Positions 1-7,899 of a stretch of 26,655 nucleotides of DNA are shown here, piece by piece. Origin of the DNA: an archaeon (GTDB lineage: Archaea; Undinarchaeota; Undinarchaeia; Undinarchaeales; Naiadarchaeaceae); assembly GCA_037442905.1 (NCBI GenBank), contig JBBIPJ010000001.1, forward strand, positions 1 to 26,655, in the 5' to 3' direction. The notes beneath the pieces are model-generated. The model ran no database searches. It was not told the DNA's origin and saw only the letters and a list, made by a program, of their open reading frames with translations. The first letter of the stretch is position 1. The number at the start of each line of letters is the position of its first letter. Made by a program: the position numbers and the translations under genes.

Positions 1-37
1 AGCTCTTGACACGAGTTCGAATCTCGTTCTCGGCCCC
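1..37 (+). tRNA. 3' half of a tRNA, probably tRNA-His (truncated by the window edge)
   Basis: T-arm ACGAG-TTCGAAT-CTCGT (11-27), then acceptor 3' strand TCTCGGC (28-34) and discriminator C35. C73 is characteristic of tRNA-His, and hisS follows 20 bp later. The anticodon is outside the window, and CCA is not fully encoded (CCT). Confidence 0.75.
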
Positions 38-57
38 TTCATCCCAGAGGTACAAAA

Positions 58-1332
58 ATGAAAAATATCCCGCGTGGTGTCCGCGATTTTCCACCAGAGG
101 AAATGCGCAAAAGAAATTTTGTTCTGGATAAAATTGCGCAAATTTACAGGAGCTATGGCTATCAGCAATTAGAAACCCCTGCTTTTGAATTTCTGGATAT
201 TTTAACTGCAAAAAAAGCAGGCGGGGAATCAATTAACAAGGAAATTTTCAAGTTTGAGGACCTTGGAGGAAGATGGCTTGGATTGAGATTTGATTTAACA
301 GTTCCAGTTGCAAGATTTATAGCACAAAATCCTAATTTACCAAAACCTTTTAAGCGTTTTCAAATAGGAAGAGTTTGGAGATATGAGGAGCCGCAGGCTG
401 GAAGGTTTAGAGAATTTTGGCAGGCTGATGTTGATGTTTTTGGAAGCACAAATGTTGAATCTGATTTGGATGCCTTAAGCGCATGCATTGCTGCTCTAAA
501 AGAGCTTGGTTTTAAAGATCTAATTGTAAAAATAAATTCAAGAAAACTTTTGGAAGAAATTGCTTCCACAGCTGGTATAAAAAGAGAGTTTATAACAGAA
601 TTTTTCAGGATAATTGACAAACTTGAGAAAATTGGAGAGAAAGGAGTTAAGCAGGAATTAAAAGAGAAAAAATTCCCTGTTTCAGAGAATTTGTTTAAAT
701 TAATTTTACTTGAGGGCGCGCCTGAGAAAATTTTAGCAAGTGTTAAGAAAGAAATTAAGGACAAAAAACCAGCCGAGGAGCTGGAAGAGTTTTTCAAATT
801 GGCAAAAAGTTTCGGAATTTCTGAATATCTTAAACTTTCACTCTCTCTGGCGCGCGGCTTGGACTATTATACAGGAATTGTTTTTGAAATTAAAATAAAG
901 GGAATAGAAAAATTTGGCTCAGTTGCAGGCGGAGGGAGGTATGATAATTTAATTTCTTTATACGGAAAAGAAAGCGTGCCTGCTGTTGGAATCTCAATGG
1001 GAGTTGAGAGAATTTTGGAAATAATGGAAGAGAAAAAAATGTTTCCTGATTTTTCTGGAGAGCCAAAAGTTTTAGTTGCTCCAATTGGAGATACTCTTGA
1101 AAAGGCAATTGAACTCTGCCAAAAGCTAAGAGCTAATAGCATTTCAGTTGATATTGATTTAATGCGCAGGAATATTGGAAAATTAATGAACTATGCAAAT
1201 TCTATGAAAATCCCCTATGTTGTTGTAATTGGGGAAATAGAGGTAAAGGAGAATAAATTTACTTTAAGGGATATGAAAACAGGGAAACAGGAAATGGTTT
1301 CAGAAAAGGATTTGCTTAAAAAGTTATCTTAG
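58..1332 (+). CDS. hisS: Histidyl-tRNA synthetase
   Basis: PRGVRDF, LRFDLTVPVARF, RYEEPQAGRFREFWQADVD, ARGLDYYTG, GGGRYD, and a C-terminal anticodon-binding domain. Confidence 0.97.
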   Translation: MKNIPRGVRDFPPEEMRKRNFVLDKIAQIYRSYGYQQLETPAFEFLDILTAKKAGGESINKEIFKFEDLGGRWLGLRFDLTVPVARFIAQNPNLPKPFKRFQIGRVWRYEEPQAGRFREFWQADVDVFGSTNVESDLDALSACIAALKELGFKDLIVKINSRKLLEEIASTAGIKREFITEFFRIIDKLEKIGEKGVKQELKEKKFPVSENLFKLILLEGAPEKILASVKKEIKDKKPAEELEEFFKLAKSFGISEYLKLSLSLARGLDYYTGIVFEIKIKGIEKFGSVAGGGRYDNLISLYGKESVPAVGISMGVERILEIMEEKKMFPDFSGEPKVLVAPIGDTLEKAIELCQKLRANSISVDIDLMRRNIGKLMNYANSMKIPYVVVIGEIEVKENKFTLRDMKTGKQEMVSEKDLLKKLS

Positions 1333-1390
1333 CCTCCCGCAATCAACCCCCTTATCGCATCATATACTTCAGCGCCCTTTTCATTAGTTC
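1329..1390 (-). pseudogene. Frameshifted remnant of the 3' end of the PINA ATPase gene
   Basis: 1322-1385 aligns with 2401-2466 (about 49/66 nt by hand). The minus strand reads ELMKRALKY, then a 1-nt deletion, then DAIRGLIAGG*, versus EQIRRALRYNDAIRGVISGNSG* at the PINA C-terminus. Confidence 0.75.
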
Positions 1391-1402
1391 ACATCATATA
1401 GA

Positions 1403-1447
1403 CGAAAAGTTTATATAGTATGAACGCTATGTTCACGTAACATGAAC
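1403..1447 (+). promoter_or_regulatory. BRE/TATA promoter of the MNT-HEPN pair with a putative operator
   Basis: CGAAAAG-TTTATATA (1403-1417) lies about 25 nt before ATG 1442, consistent with a leaderless mRNA. Inverted repeat TGAAC-N5-GTTCA at 1421-1435, with a further TGAAC at 1443-1447. Confidence 0.6.
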
Positions 1448-1983
1448 TTGCAAGAACTTTTTTCAACAAAAGAGCGGGAGTTGATAATAAATTATTTATT
1501 GGATAACCCAAATGTAGAAATAAATATGTATCAAATTGCAAAAAAACTAAAAATCAGCCGCAGCCAAGTCCATAAATATGTTTCAATTCTACGCCGTGAA
1601 AATATTGTAAAAGGAAAAAAATTTCTGAACATGCCCTTAATAAACTCTTTGCGCCTAACTAGAAATTTGAATAAGATTAATGAATTTAATATAGTTAAAA
1701 TTTTGCAAAAATATTTCCCAAGAGCAGAAGGCATAGGAATTTACGGCAGCTGGGCAAAAGGCACAAATGATGAGAGCGCTGATTTAGATTTTTGGATTAA
1801 AATGCAAAATCTCCAAAAGATATTGAAATTGCAAAAGCGCGCCGCGAGATTGAGCAAAAAATTGGCAAGCCAGTTGATATAACAATTTTAACCCCTGAAA
1901 GAATAAAAAATTTGCGCGAAAAAAATGATTCTTTTTATTTTTCTTTATACCATGGAATTATCTTATGTGGTGAGGGCTTATGA
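1442..1983 (+). pseudogene. wHTH + minimal nucleotidyltransferase (MNT) antitoxin with a 1-nt frameshift
   Basis: N-terminal wHTH (INMYQIAKKLKISRSQVHKYV) and GSx10DxD motif (GSWAKGTNDESADLD). Adding one A to the run at 1799-1802 restores NAKSPKDIEIAKARREIEQKIGKPVDITILTPERI...GIILCGEGL*, whose TGA (1981-1983) overlaps the HEPN ATG. Confidence 0.85.
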
Positions 1984-2402
1984 TATCTTACGAGGAATGC
2001 GTTAATCAGGGTTTGCTTAGAAAAATAGCACCTTCAATTACGCAGGCAAGAGAACAATTAGAAAAAGCAAAAATACTTTTAGAAGAGGCACAAGATTCCT
2101 TCGATATGGAAAATTACAACTCTGCGGTTATGGCTGGTTACGCAGCAATGTTTGATTCTGCAAGGGCAATTTTATTTAAGGATGGTTATAGAGAAAAAAG
2201 CCATGCGTGTGTTGCGAGATATTTAGAAGTAAATTATGCAAATAAAATTGATTCAGAAATAATTAATTTGCTTGACCAATATAGAGAGCAGAGGCACAAA
2301 GTTATGTATGCTGTTGATTTTTACCCAACTGAAGAAGAAACTAAAAATCTACTTGATTTTGCAGACAAATTTATTAAAAAGGCTGAAGAAATTTTAAAAT
2401 AG
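1980..2402 (+). CDS. HEPN domain protein (UPF0332/COG1895 type), partner of the MNT
   Basis: 140 aa helical protein with AGYAAMFDSARAILFKDGYREKSH and YREQRHKVMY (R-x4-Y variant), directly downstream of the MNT. Confidence 0.88.
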   Translation: MISYEECVNQGLLRKIAPSITQAREQLEKAKILLEEAQDSFDMENYNSAVMAGYAAMFDSARAILFKDGYREKSHACVARYLEVNYANKIDSEIINLLDQYREQRHKVMYAVDFYPTEEETKNLLDFADKFIKKAEEILK

Positions 2403-3998
2403 TTATCCTGAATTCCCGCTTATTACTCCTCTTATAGCATCATTATATCTCAGCGCCCTTCTAATTTGCTCCCCATATTTTCCTTTCAGTTTAACACGAA
2501 CCGCGGCCTCTTTTCCAAGTTTAGTTTTAAACAGGAAATTTTTTCCTGCATAAACTTTAATATCTTTATTTGCAGCAGCTTCTCCAAAATCCAAAATATA
2601 TTCTGTTTTTGCATGCGCTAAAGTTGCAATAACTTCTTTCGGCGCTTCCCCCACTTTCATTATAACAGTTTCCTCTCCATAGGTATACATCTCATACTCA
2701 ACTCTGTTGGTTTCAAAATCTCTTACCTCAACAACAGGCCTTGCTAAATCTGATTCAAACATTCCTGCAGGAACTTTTACAGTTAATTTTGTATCGTATA
2801 CTTTTTTAATTTCCGCATCCTTGATGTAAATTACTGTGTCAACTATCAGCGGAATCTGTCCTAATTCTAAACGAATAACCATTCTCTGCAGCGCATCAAT
2901 TGGGGCAGAAGCATGAGTAACTCCAACCATTCCAACTCCTGCTAAACGCATATCTGCAAAAATTTGGAAGTCCTGCGTTTTTCTTACCTCATCATAAAAA
3001 GTGTAATCAGGGCGCACAAGCAAAAGCACATCAGCTGTTTTTGCCATCTGTCCTTCTAAAGGAGCATACTGAGTTATTTCAGGCTGTACCTGCAAATCTC
3101 TCGGGCTTTCCATAGTTTTTACAATTGATTTTTTCTCTTTTACAAAAAATTCTGCAAGCGCTGCTGCAAAACTTGATTTCCCAGCGCCTGGCGGGCCGCA
3201 AATCAGCACGCCTTCTGCTTTTTCTTTCAATCTTCTCAGTAATTTATCAGATAATTTATAAGATTCAAGTGAAACCTTTGCAATTGGACGAACTGCTGTT
3301 ACTTCCAGTCCATCAGAAAACGGCGGCTCTGCAACTGCAATCCTGAAATCTCCCATCTGCACGACTGTTGCGCCTTTCATTGAAATTTCAATTGCCTGAT
3401 TTTCCCTTCCATAATCAATTACTTCCTTTACAATTTCGCTTAACTCCTGCTCGTTCATTTTTTCTTTTCCTAATTCAACAAGCCTTACATTTCCTGGCCT
3501 GCCCTTTTTTGCAACAGGAACAGTATTTACTTTTAAATGAACGCTCATAGTTTCCTTGTCAAAAAATTCCTGTATGCGCGGCTTTTCGCGAATTTTTTTC
3601 TCAATATACCTGCAGTTAATTCCTCTTGCTAAAGCAACTTTATACTGAATGTAATCAGCAGTTAAAAGAGTTGCATTTAATTTTGCAGCTGTATTTCTGA
3701 TTAAAGCATCTATTACTCCAAATTGTGCAGCTTTTATCTCCTCAACTGTGGGAAGCCCTCCATAAAAAGTTAATTTTATCTTTCCTTCTTTCTCAACCTC
3801 TTTTAATTTTGCAATTTCATCCAATCCTTCAAATCCAATCGCTCTTCCTTTGTTTGCCTGATTCTCCAATTCAGAAAGAACAACTTCCAAAATTATAATC
3901 TCTCCGCTGAGTTCTCCAGATTCAATCAGTTTTGAAACCTTAGCTCCAATAAGGACTGAGGTATCCGGAACAGTTCTCTCATTCAATTTAGTTTCCAT
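2403..3998 (-). CDS. PIN domain + PilT-family ATPase (PINA, COG1855 type)
   Basis: N-terminal PIN (VPDTSVLI...ELENQAN...DALI...LLTAD), Walker A GPPGAGKS, KTMESPRDL, LLVRPDYTFYDEVR, DMRLAGVGMVGVTHA. Confidence 0.92.
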   Translation of the reverse strand: METKLNERTVPDTSVLIGAKVSKLIESGELSGEIIILEVVLSELENQANKGRAIGFEGLDEIAKLKEVEKEGKIKLTFYGGLPTVEEIKAAQFGVIDALIRNTAAKLNATLLTADYIQYKVALARGINCRYIEKKIREKPRIQEFFDKETMSVHLKVNTVPVAKKGRPGNVRLVELGKEKMNEQELSEIVKEVIDYGRENQAIEISMKGATVVQMGDFRIAVAEPPFSDGLEVTAVRPIAKVSLESYKLSDKLLRRLKEKAEGVLICGPPGAGKSSFAAALAEFFVKEKKSIVKTMESPRDLQVQPEITQYAPLEGQMAKTADVLLLVRPDYTFYDEVRKTQDFQIFADMRLAGVGMVGVTHASAPIDALQRMVIRLELGQIPLIVDTVIYIKDAEIKKVYDTKLTVKVPAGMFESDLARPVVEVRDFETNRVEYEMYTYGEETVIMKVGEAPKEVIATLAHAKTEYILDFGEAAANKDIKVYAGKNFLFKTKLGKEAAVRVKLKGKYGEQIRRALRYNDAIRGVISGNSG

Positions 3999-4127
3999 AG
4001 TATTTCATTAATTTTTCAGAAATAGGGGACTTATTTCTTGATTTTTGTTCATACTATACTCTCTAAACCCTTATTTAAGCTTTGCTGAATGAAGAAATTT
4101 ATTAACTTAGGACGCATACACATATTC

Positions 4128-4610
4128 ATGTTCACAAAACCGAAATTCCAGTACATAAGCAAAGACCAGAAAGAAAGAGTGGTAGCAGCTTTTTTCAAGG
4201 CAAAATTTCCAGGATATCAAGTTAAGAGCGGAGTTGATGTGCATGTTCCTGCAGGCTATACAGTCAGGGTTGCCGCGCAATTAAAAGCAGAGGTTGAGGG
4301 CGAAACAATAAAGAAAATTTTTGTTGTTCTTGAGGAATTCAACACTTACATAAGCAAGGTTGATATTGATACAATTATTGAATATGCAGAGCAGCTGCAT
4401 CAGGCAGGAGTTTTCTCTCCGACAAGGGATGAGTTCTGGCTTGTCACAAACCAAAAATGGACTTATGAGGCTTATGTTTATGCAAAGGGAAAAATTGTTC
4501 TCATGGATACTGATACTTTAATTGAAGGGATGAATAAAATTCTCAGCAAAGAAAGCAAAAAATCCAATGATTTGAGAAAAGCCCTAGAACGAATAGGGCT
4601 TTCTGTCTAA
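4128..4610 (+). CDS. Mrr/restriction-endonuclease-fold protein with an apparently degenerate active site
   Basis: ERVVAAFF...GYQV...FWLVTNQKWTYEAYVYAKGKIVLMDTDTLIE resembles the Mrr_cat pattern, but the D and E/QxK positions read TVRVAA and VVLEE. Start 4128 is preferred because TTTATTAA lies at 4098-4105. Confidence 0.5.
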   Translation: MFTKPKFQYISKDQKERVVAAFFKAKFPGYQVKSGVDVHVPAGYTVRVAAQLKAEVEGETIKKIFVVLEEFNTYISKVDIDTIIEYAEQLHQAGVFSPTRDEFWLVTNQKWTYEAYVYAKGKIVLMDTDTLIEGMNKILSKESKKSNDLRKALERIGLSV

Positions 4611-4621
4611 AGTGATAAAAC

Positions 4622-5119
4622 ATGGTGCACGAATTCATACTTCCAAGCAGCATATTTTTGATAATTGTTGTTGCAATGTATGTCTATTCAATTTACAGAA
4701 ATCTTGGAAAAACAGAATCGGCAGCTCTTTATGTTTTTAACAATATTTTTGACATAATTGTAATTTTAGTTGGAATAACAGGAATTATGGCATTCGTTGA
4801 AGTTGTTATCCCTACAGGATTTTTTGCGCACGCATTTGATAATTTTTACAAATTGATTTTAACAGCAGTTGGAGGTACTGTTTTGGGCTCGCTAACATCC
4901 GGACCGCCAATCTTAAGCTATCCAATTGCAAATGCAATGCTTGATGAGGGAATTGCTCTTGGAACTATAGGGGCTTTTATTTCAGCATGGAGTCTAATGG
5001 ACCCGATTTCACTGCCGGTTGAAATAAGATTCTTAGGAAAGAAATTTGCATTCTGGCGTTTTTTTATGTCATTTATTGTTGCATCAATAGTTGGAATTAC
5101 AATGGCAATACTGCTATGA
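4622..5119 (+). CDS. Predicted permease subunit (DUF318/ArsP-like)
   Basis: Hydrophobic helices; LGSLTSGPPILSYPIANAMLDEG...AFISAWSLMDPISLPVEIRFLG. Confidence 0.75.
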   Translation: MVHEFILPSSIFLIIVVAMYVYSIYRNLGKTESAALYVFNNIFDIIVILVGITGIMAFVEVVIPTGFFAHAFDNFYKLILTAVGGTVLGSLTSGPPILSYPIANAMLDEGIALGTIGAFISAWSLMDPISLPVEIRFLGKKFAFWRFFMSFIVASIVGITMAILL

Positions 5120-5646
5120 GCATAAAAGATTACATGGATCATGTGCGCATACACACAATTTCATTAGCGCTTGCAATAGTTTCAATAATTTTATATGCAG
5201 TAGTTCTTGCATTAAAGCCAGAATTATTTGCACAAAGCCTTTCAAAATGGGGGCAGTTCTTTATGTTTTTCCTGCCTTTTGTTGTTGCAATTATAGGCGT
5301 GCTTGGACTTTTGGATGCTTATCTGCCGGAAGAAGTTGTTTCAAAATATCTGGGAGATAAAAGAAAAGTTCATGGTTATGTGTTTGCACTTGCATTTGGA
5401 ACTGTTGTCTCTGCTTCGCAATATGCAATCTTCCCAACAATAAAATTTTTGCGCAAAAAAGGCGCTCGAACTGCTATTCTGGCAACTTTTATGATGAGCT
5501 GGAGCGGAATTTCTCTTCCATTAATTCCGCTTGAGCTTAAAATTTTTGGGCTGAAATTTGTTATTTTAAGAATAACAATAATCGCAATAGCTGCGCTTGT
5601 TTTTGGATTTATAACAGGCTTGCGAGAAATTCACATGGAGCACTAG
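5116..5646 (+). CDS. Predicted permease subunit (DUF318/ArsP-like), paralogous partner
   Basis: Hydrophobic; ALAFGTVVSASQYAIFP...ATFMMSWSGISLPLIPLELKIFG; ATGA overlap with the previous gene. Confidence 0.75.
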   Translation: MSIKDYMDHVRIHTISLALAIVSIILYAVVLALKPELFAQSLSKWGQFFMFFLPFVVAIIGVLGLLDAYLPEEVVSKYLGDKRKVHGYVFALAFGTVVSASQYAIFPTIKFLRKKGARTAILATFMMSWSGISLPLIPLELKIFGLKFVILRITIIAIAALVFGFITGLREIHMEH

Positions 5647-6074
5647 GCCCCAAAAGTTGCGCCGCCCGGCGGTTTGAGTTGTAAAAGTATGTCTGAAAAT
5701 TCCGGGCTGTGCGCTATTAAATCCGTTGCTGTAACTATTCCCACTAATCTCCCTTTTTTATCAATAACAGGGAGTTTTTTAATTTTGTTCACCCTCATCA
5801 GAGTAGCTGCATCATCAATGCTTGCATCTGGAAAAACAGTTATCAAAGGCCTGCTCATGATTGTCTGAACTTTTGTTTTTTCAAGATCTCTTTCTTCTGC
5901 AACAGCCTTATAGAGAATATCAGCGTCAGTAACAATTCCAATTGCCTCGTTTCCCTCAACAACCACAAGGCACCCTATTCGGAACTTTTTCATTTTTTTC
6001 AGCGCATCCAGTATGGATGCCTTTTCGCCGATTCCCTTAACATCTTTGGACATTACATCAGCGACAGTTGGCAT
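5643..6074 (-). CDS. CBS-domain pair protein
   Basis: Two CBS repeats (VADVMSKDV...IGCLVVV...GIVTDADIL; IMSRPLITV...IKKLPVI...GIVTATDL). Confidence 0.93.
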   Translation of the reverse strand: MPTVADVMSKDVKGIGEKASILDALKKMKKFRIGCLVVVEGNEAIGIVTDADILYKAVAEERDLEKTKVQTIMSRPLITVFPDASIDDAATLMRVNKIKKLPVIDKKGRLVGIVTATDLIAHSPEFSDILLQLKPPGGATFGA

Positions 6075-6126
6075 AGCGAGTATTATTAGGATAAAGCACT
6101 TATATATTAAATTCTAAACTCTTTCT

Positions 6127-6966
6127 ATGAAAGCAGGTGAATCGCTGAGAGAAGGATTTAGACTTTATTCTGATAATCCAATTCTGATTCTCCCCTATTT
6201 TTTGTTTGGGGTGTTTTCCTTATTTTTGTACAATTTTTCAATCAACTTTCTGCGAGAAAGTTTTTCAATATTCAAAATAACGAGCCCGTTTCAAATTTTA
6301 TTATTCCAGAAAGAGTTTGCCAGTGCATTAAGCGCGATTATTTTAAGAAATGTTTTCTTTTTTATCCTAGTTGCGATAATTTACGCCCTCGTGGACTCTT
6401 TTGTCAAGGCTTATACAATCGGTTTGTCAGAAAAAATCTCAAGGAGCGGTTCTGCAAGGCTGAAAGACGGCATAGCCGCAACTTCAAGAACACTGCAAAT
6501 ATTCGGCAAAAACATAATTTTAATCTTGCTTTTGCTTTTTGGCATTGGGTTGCTGCTTTTGACAACAGCAATTCTGCTTGCGCAGTTTGCACTGCTCGCT
6601 TTTATTCCTGCTACAATAATTTACACTTTCATTGTTTATTCAGTTTCTTTCTTCGCTAGTCAATCAATTGTTGTCGAGAAAAAAGGCCCGTGGGGAGGGC
6701 TTGTTTCAAGCTATACTTTTATTAAAAGAAACATGGAGGATGTTGCAAAATTAATTTTGTTTATAATTTTTGTTTATGTTGCTTTTCATGTGATAAAATT
6801 GGCAAGTTTGAGATTGTTTGGGCATTTTTTTACAGGCGCAACAATGCGATTAATCTCAATTGCAGAAAATCTTTTGCTCGGCTATATTATAATGCGCCCT
6901 TATTTTGTGATTCTTAAAACACTTTATTTTGTAAAAAACATGCCTAAAAATAATTTAAAGCGATGA
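6127..6966 (+). CDS. Hypothetical multi-pass membrane protein
   Basis: 279 aa with about 6 hydrophobic segments and a repeated 'SL/GL..S/GF.....N' pattern (ESLREGFRLYSDN; GGLVSSYTFIKRN). Confidence 0.7.
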   Translation: MKAGESLREGFRLYSDNPILILPYFLFGVFSLFLYNFSINFLRESFSIFKITSPFQILLFQKEFASALSAIILRNVFFFILVAIIYALVDSFVKAYTIGLSEKISRSGSARLKDGIAATSRTLQIFGKNIILILLLLFGIGLLLLTTAILLAQFALLAFIPATIIYTFIVYSVSFFASQSIVVEKKGPWGGLVSSYTFIKRNMEDVAKLILFIIFVYVAFHVIKLASLRLFGHFFTGATMRLISIAENLLLGYIIMRPYFVILKTLYFVKNMPKNNLKR

Positions 6967-6969
6967 GCA

Positions 6970-7034
6970 ATGCTCTACGCTTTGCTTCGAGCATCTCTCG
7001 CTTCGCTCGAGATGGGCAGTGGGCTCACAGCCCA
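6970..7034. repeat. Cluster of REP-like hairpins
   Basis: ATGCTC/GAGCAT (6970-6994), CATCTC-TCGCTTCGCTC-GAGATG (6992-7014), TGGGCT-CAC-AGCCCA (7020-7034). Confidence 0.7.
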
Positions 7035-7073
7035 AAGCCAAAACTTATTAATTACTTCAAAGAACCATCTAAT

Positions 7074-7133
7074 GCGATGATGTCCTCATTTGTCTCGAGC
7101 TTTTGCGATGAGATGAGATGGGCGGACTGAGCA
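7074..7133 (+). ncRNA. Candidate C/D-box guide sRNA (predicted target 16S rRNA C1402, E. coli numbering)
   Basis: C-like box (GCGATGA 7074-7080 or ATGATGT 7077-7083), D'-like TCGA 7095-7098, C'-like GATGA motifs 7107-7116, D box CTGA 7127-7130. TATA-like TTATTAAT at 7045-7052 and a T-run after 7135. Guide GATGGGCGGA is complementary to the conserved 16S sequence CCGCCCGUC. Confidence 0.6.
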
Positions 7134-7155
7134 ACTTTTCTGCGGAATTTTTGAA

Positions 7156-7218
7156 AGCTTGCGGCTAGCAGCTTGTAGCTTGCAGCCATATTACTGCGAC
7201 CGCTAGCTGAAAGCTAAT
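7156..7218. repeat. Degenerate 7-bp periodic array
   Basis: In-phase units agcttgc ggctagc agcttgt agcttgc agccata ttactgc gaccgct agctgaa agctaat. Confidence 0.65.
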
Positions 7219-7891
7219 CATTCGGTCGCGGCGCATATTCAGAGTCAAAATTTCCATAAGTCAAAAGTTTTACTTCCTTTTCCTTTACGAATTTCCTGAC
7301 AAATTTATCCAGATTTTTTATATCCGGCGCGCCGTAATAAATTTCTTTCCTGTCATTTTCCGGAAAATGGCTAAGGGAGCTCTCGTACAAAATCTTTCCA
7401 AGTCCGCGGCTGCGCAAATTTTTCGCAATCCAGATTATTCTTAAGCTCAGCTTGCGCTCTTTTTCTCCTTTAACGCGGATGCGGACATAGCAGGCATATC
7501 CGGTTAATTTTTCTTTGTACAAAAGAAGGAACATATGATGTTCTAAATGCGGTTCAAATAAAGGAATGTCAAATCTATATGTTGGCTCGGAATAATTCTG
7601 GTCAAACATTACAGCGTAGGCAATGTTTTCAGCAGCCTGCCTTTCTTTATCAGAGGAATCATTTGTTACAAGTGCAATTTTTATCCCATTTTGCTCATCA
7701 TTATAAATCAAATGCGCAAATTTTGTATCACAAATTTTCTGATGGCGATCGCGCAGCTTAAAATCTTTAAAATTTTTGAAACATTTGTCACAGGCAAAAT
7801 ATAGAATAGGAGAATCTGCTATTTCCTCTGAATCAGAATTAAACATTCCGCGGGTTTTTCCTTTAAGTTCTTTTGGAGTAAATAAGGCCAT
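7214..7891 (-). CDS. C2HC zinc finger + acetyltransferase (GNAT-fold) protein
   Basis: CDKC-x12-H-x3-C (aa 34-54) and acetyl-CoA-binding motif A, IIWIAKNLRSRGLGKILYE. Confidence 0.75.
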   Translation of the reverse strand: MALFTPKELKGKTRGMFNSDSEEIADSPILYFACDKCFKNFKDFKLRDRHQKICDTKFAHLIYNDEQNGIKIALVTNDSSDKERQAAENIAYAVMFDQNYSEPTYRFDIPLFEPHLEHHMFLLLYKEKLTGYACYVRIRVKGEKERKLSLRIIWIAKNLRSRGLGKILYESSLSHFPENDRKEIYYGAPDIKNLDKFVRKFVKEKEVKLLTYGNFDSEYAPRPND

Positions 7892-7899
7892 AAATAGAA

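Noticed and set aside
1790-1810. Programmed -1 frameshift in the MNT gene
   Set aside because: No canonical X XXY YYZ heptamer in frame and no obvious downstream stimulator. A mutation or assembly indel is simpler.
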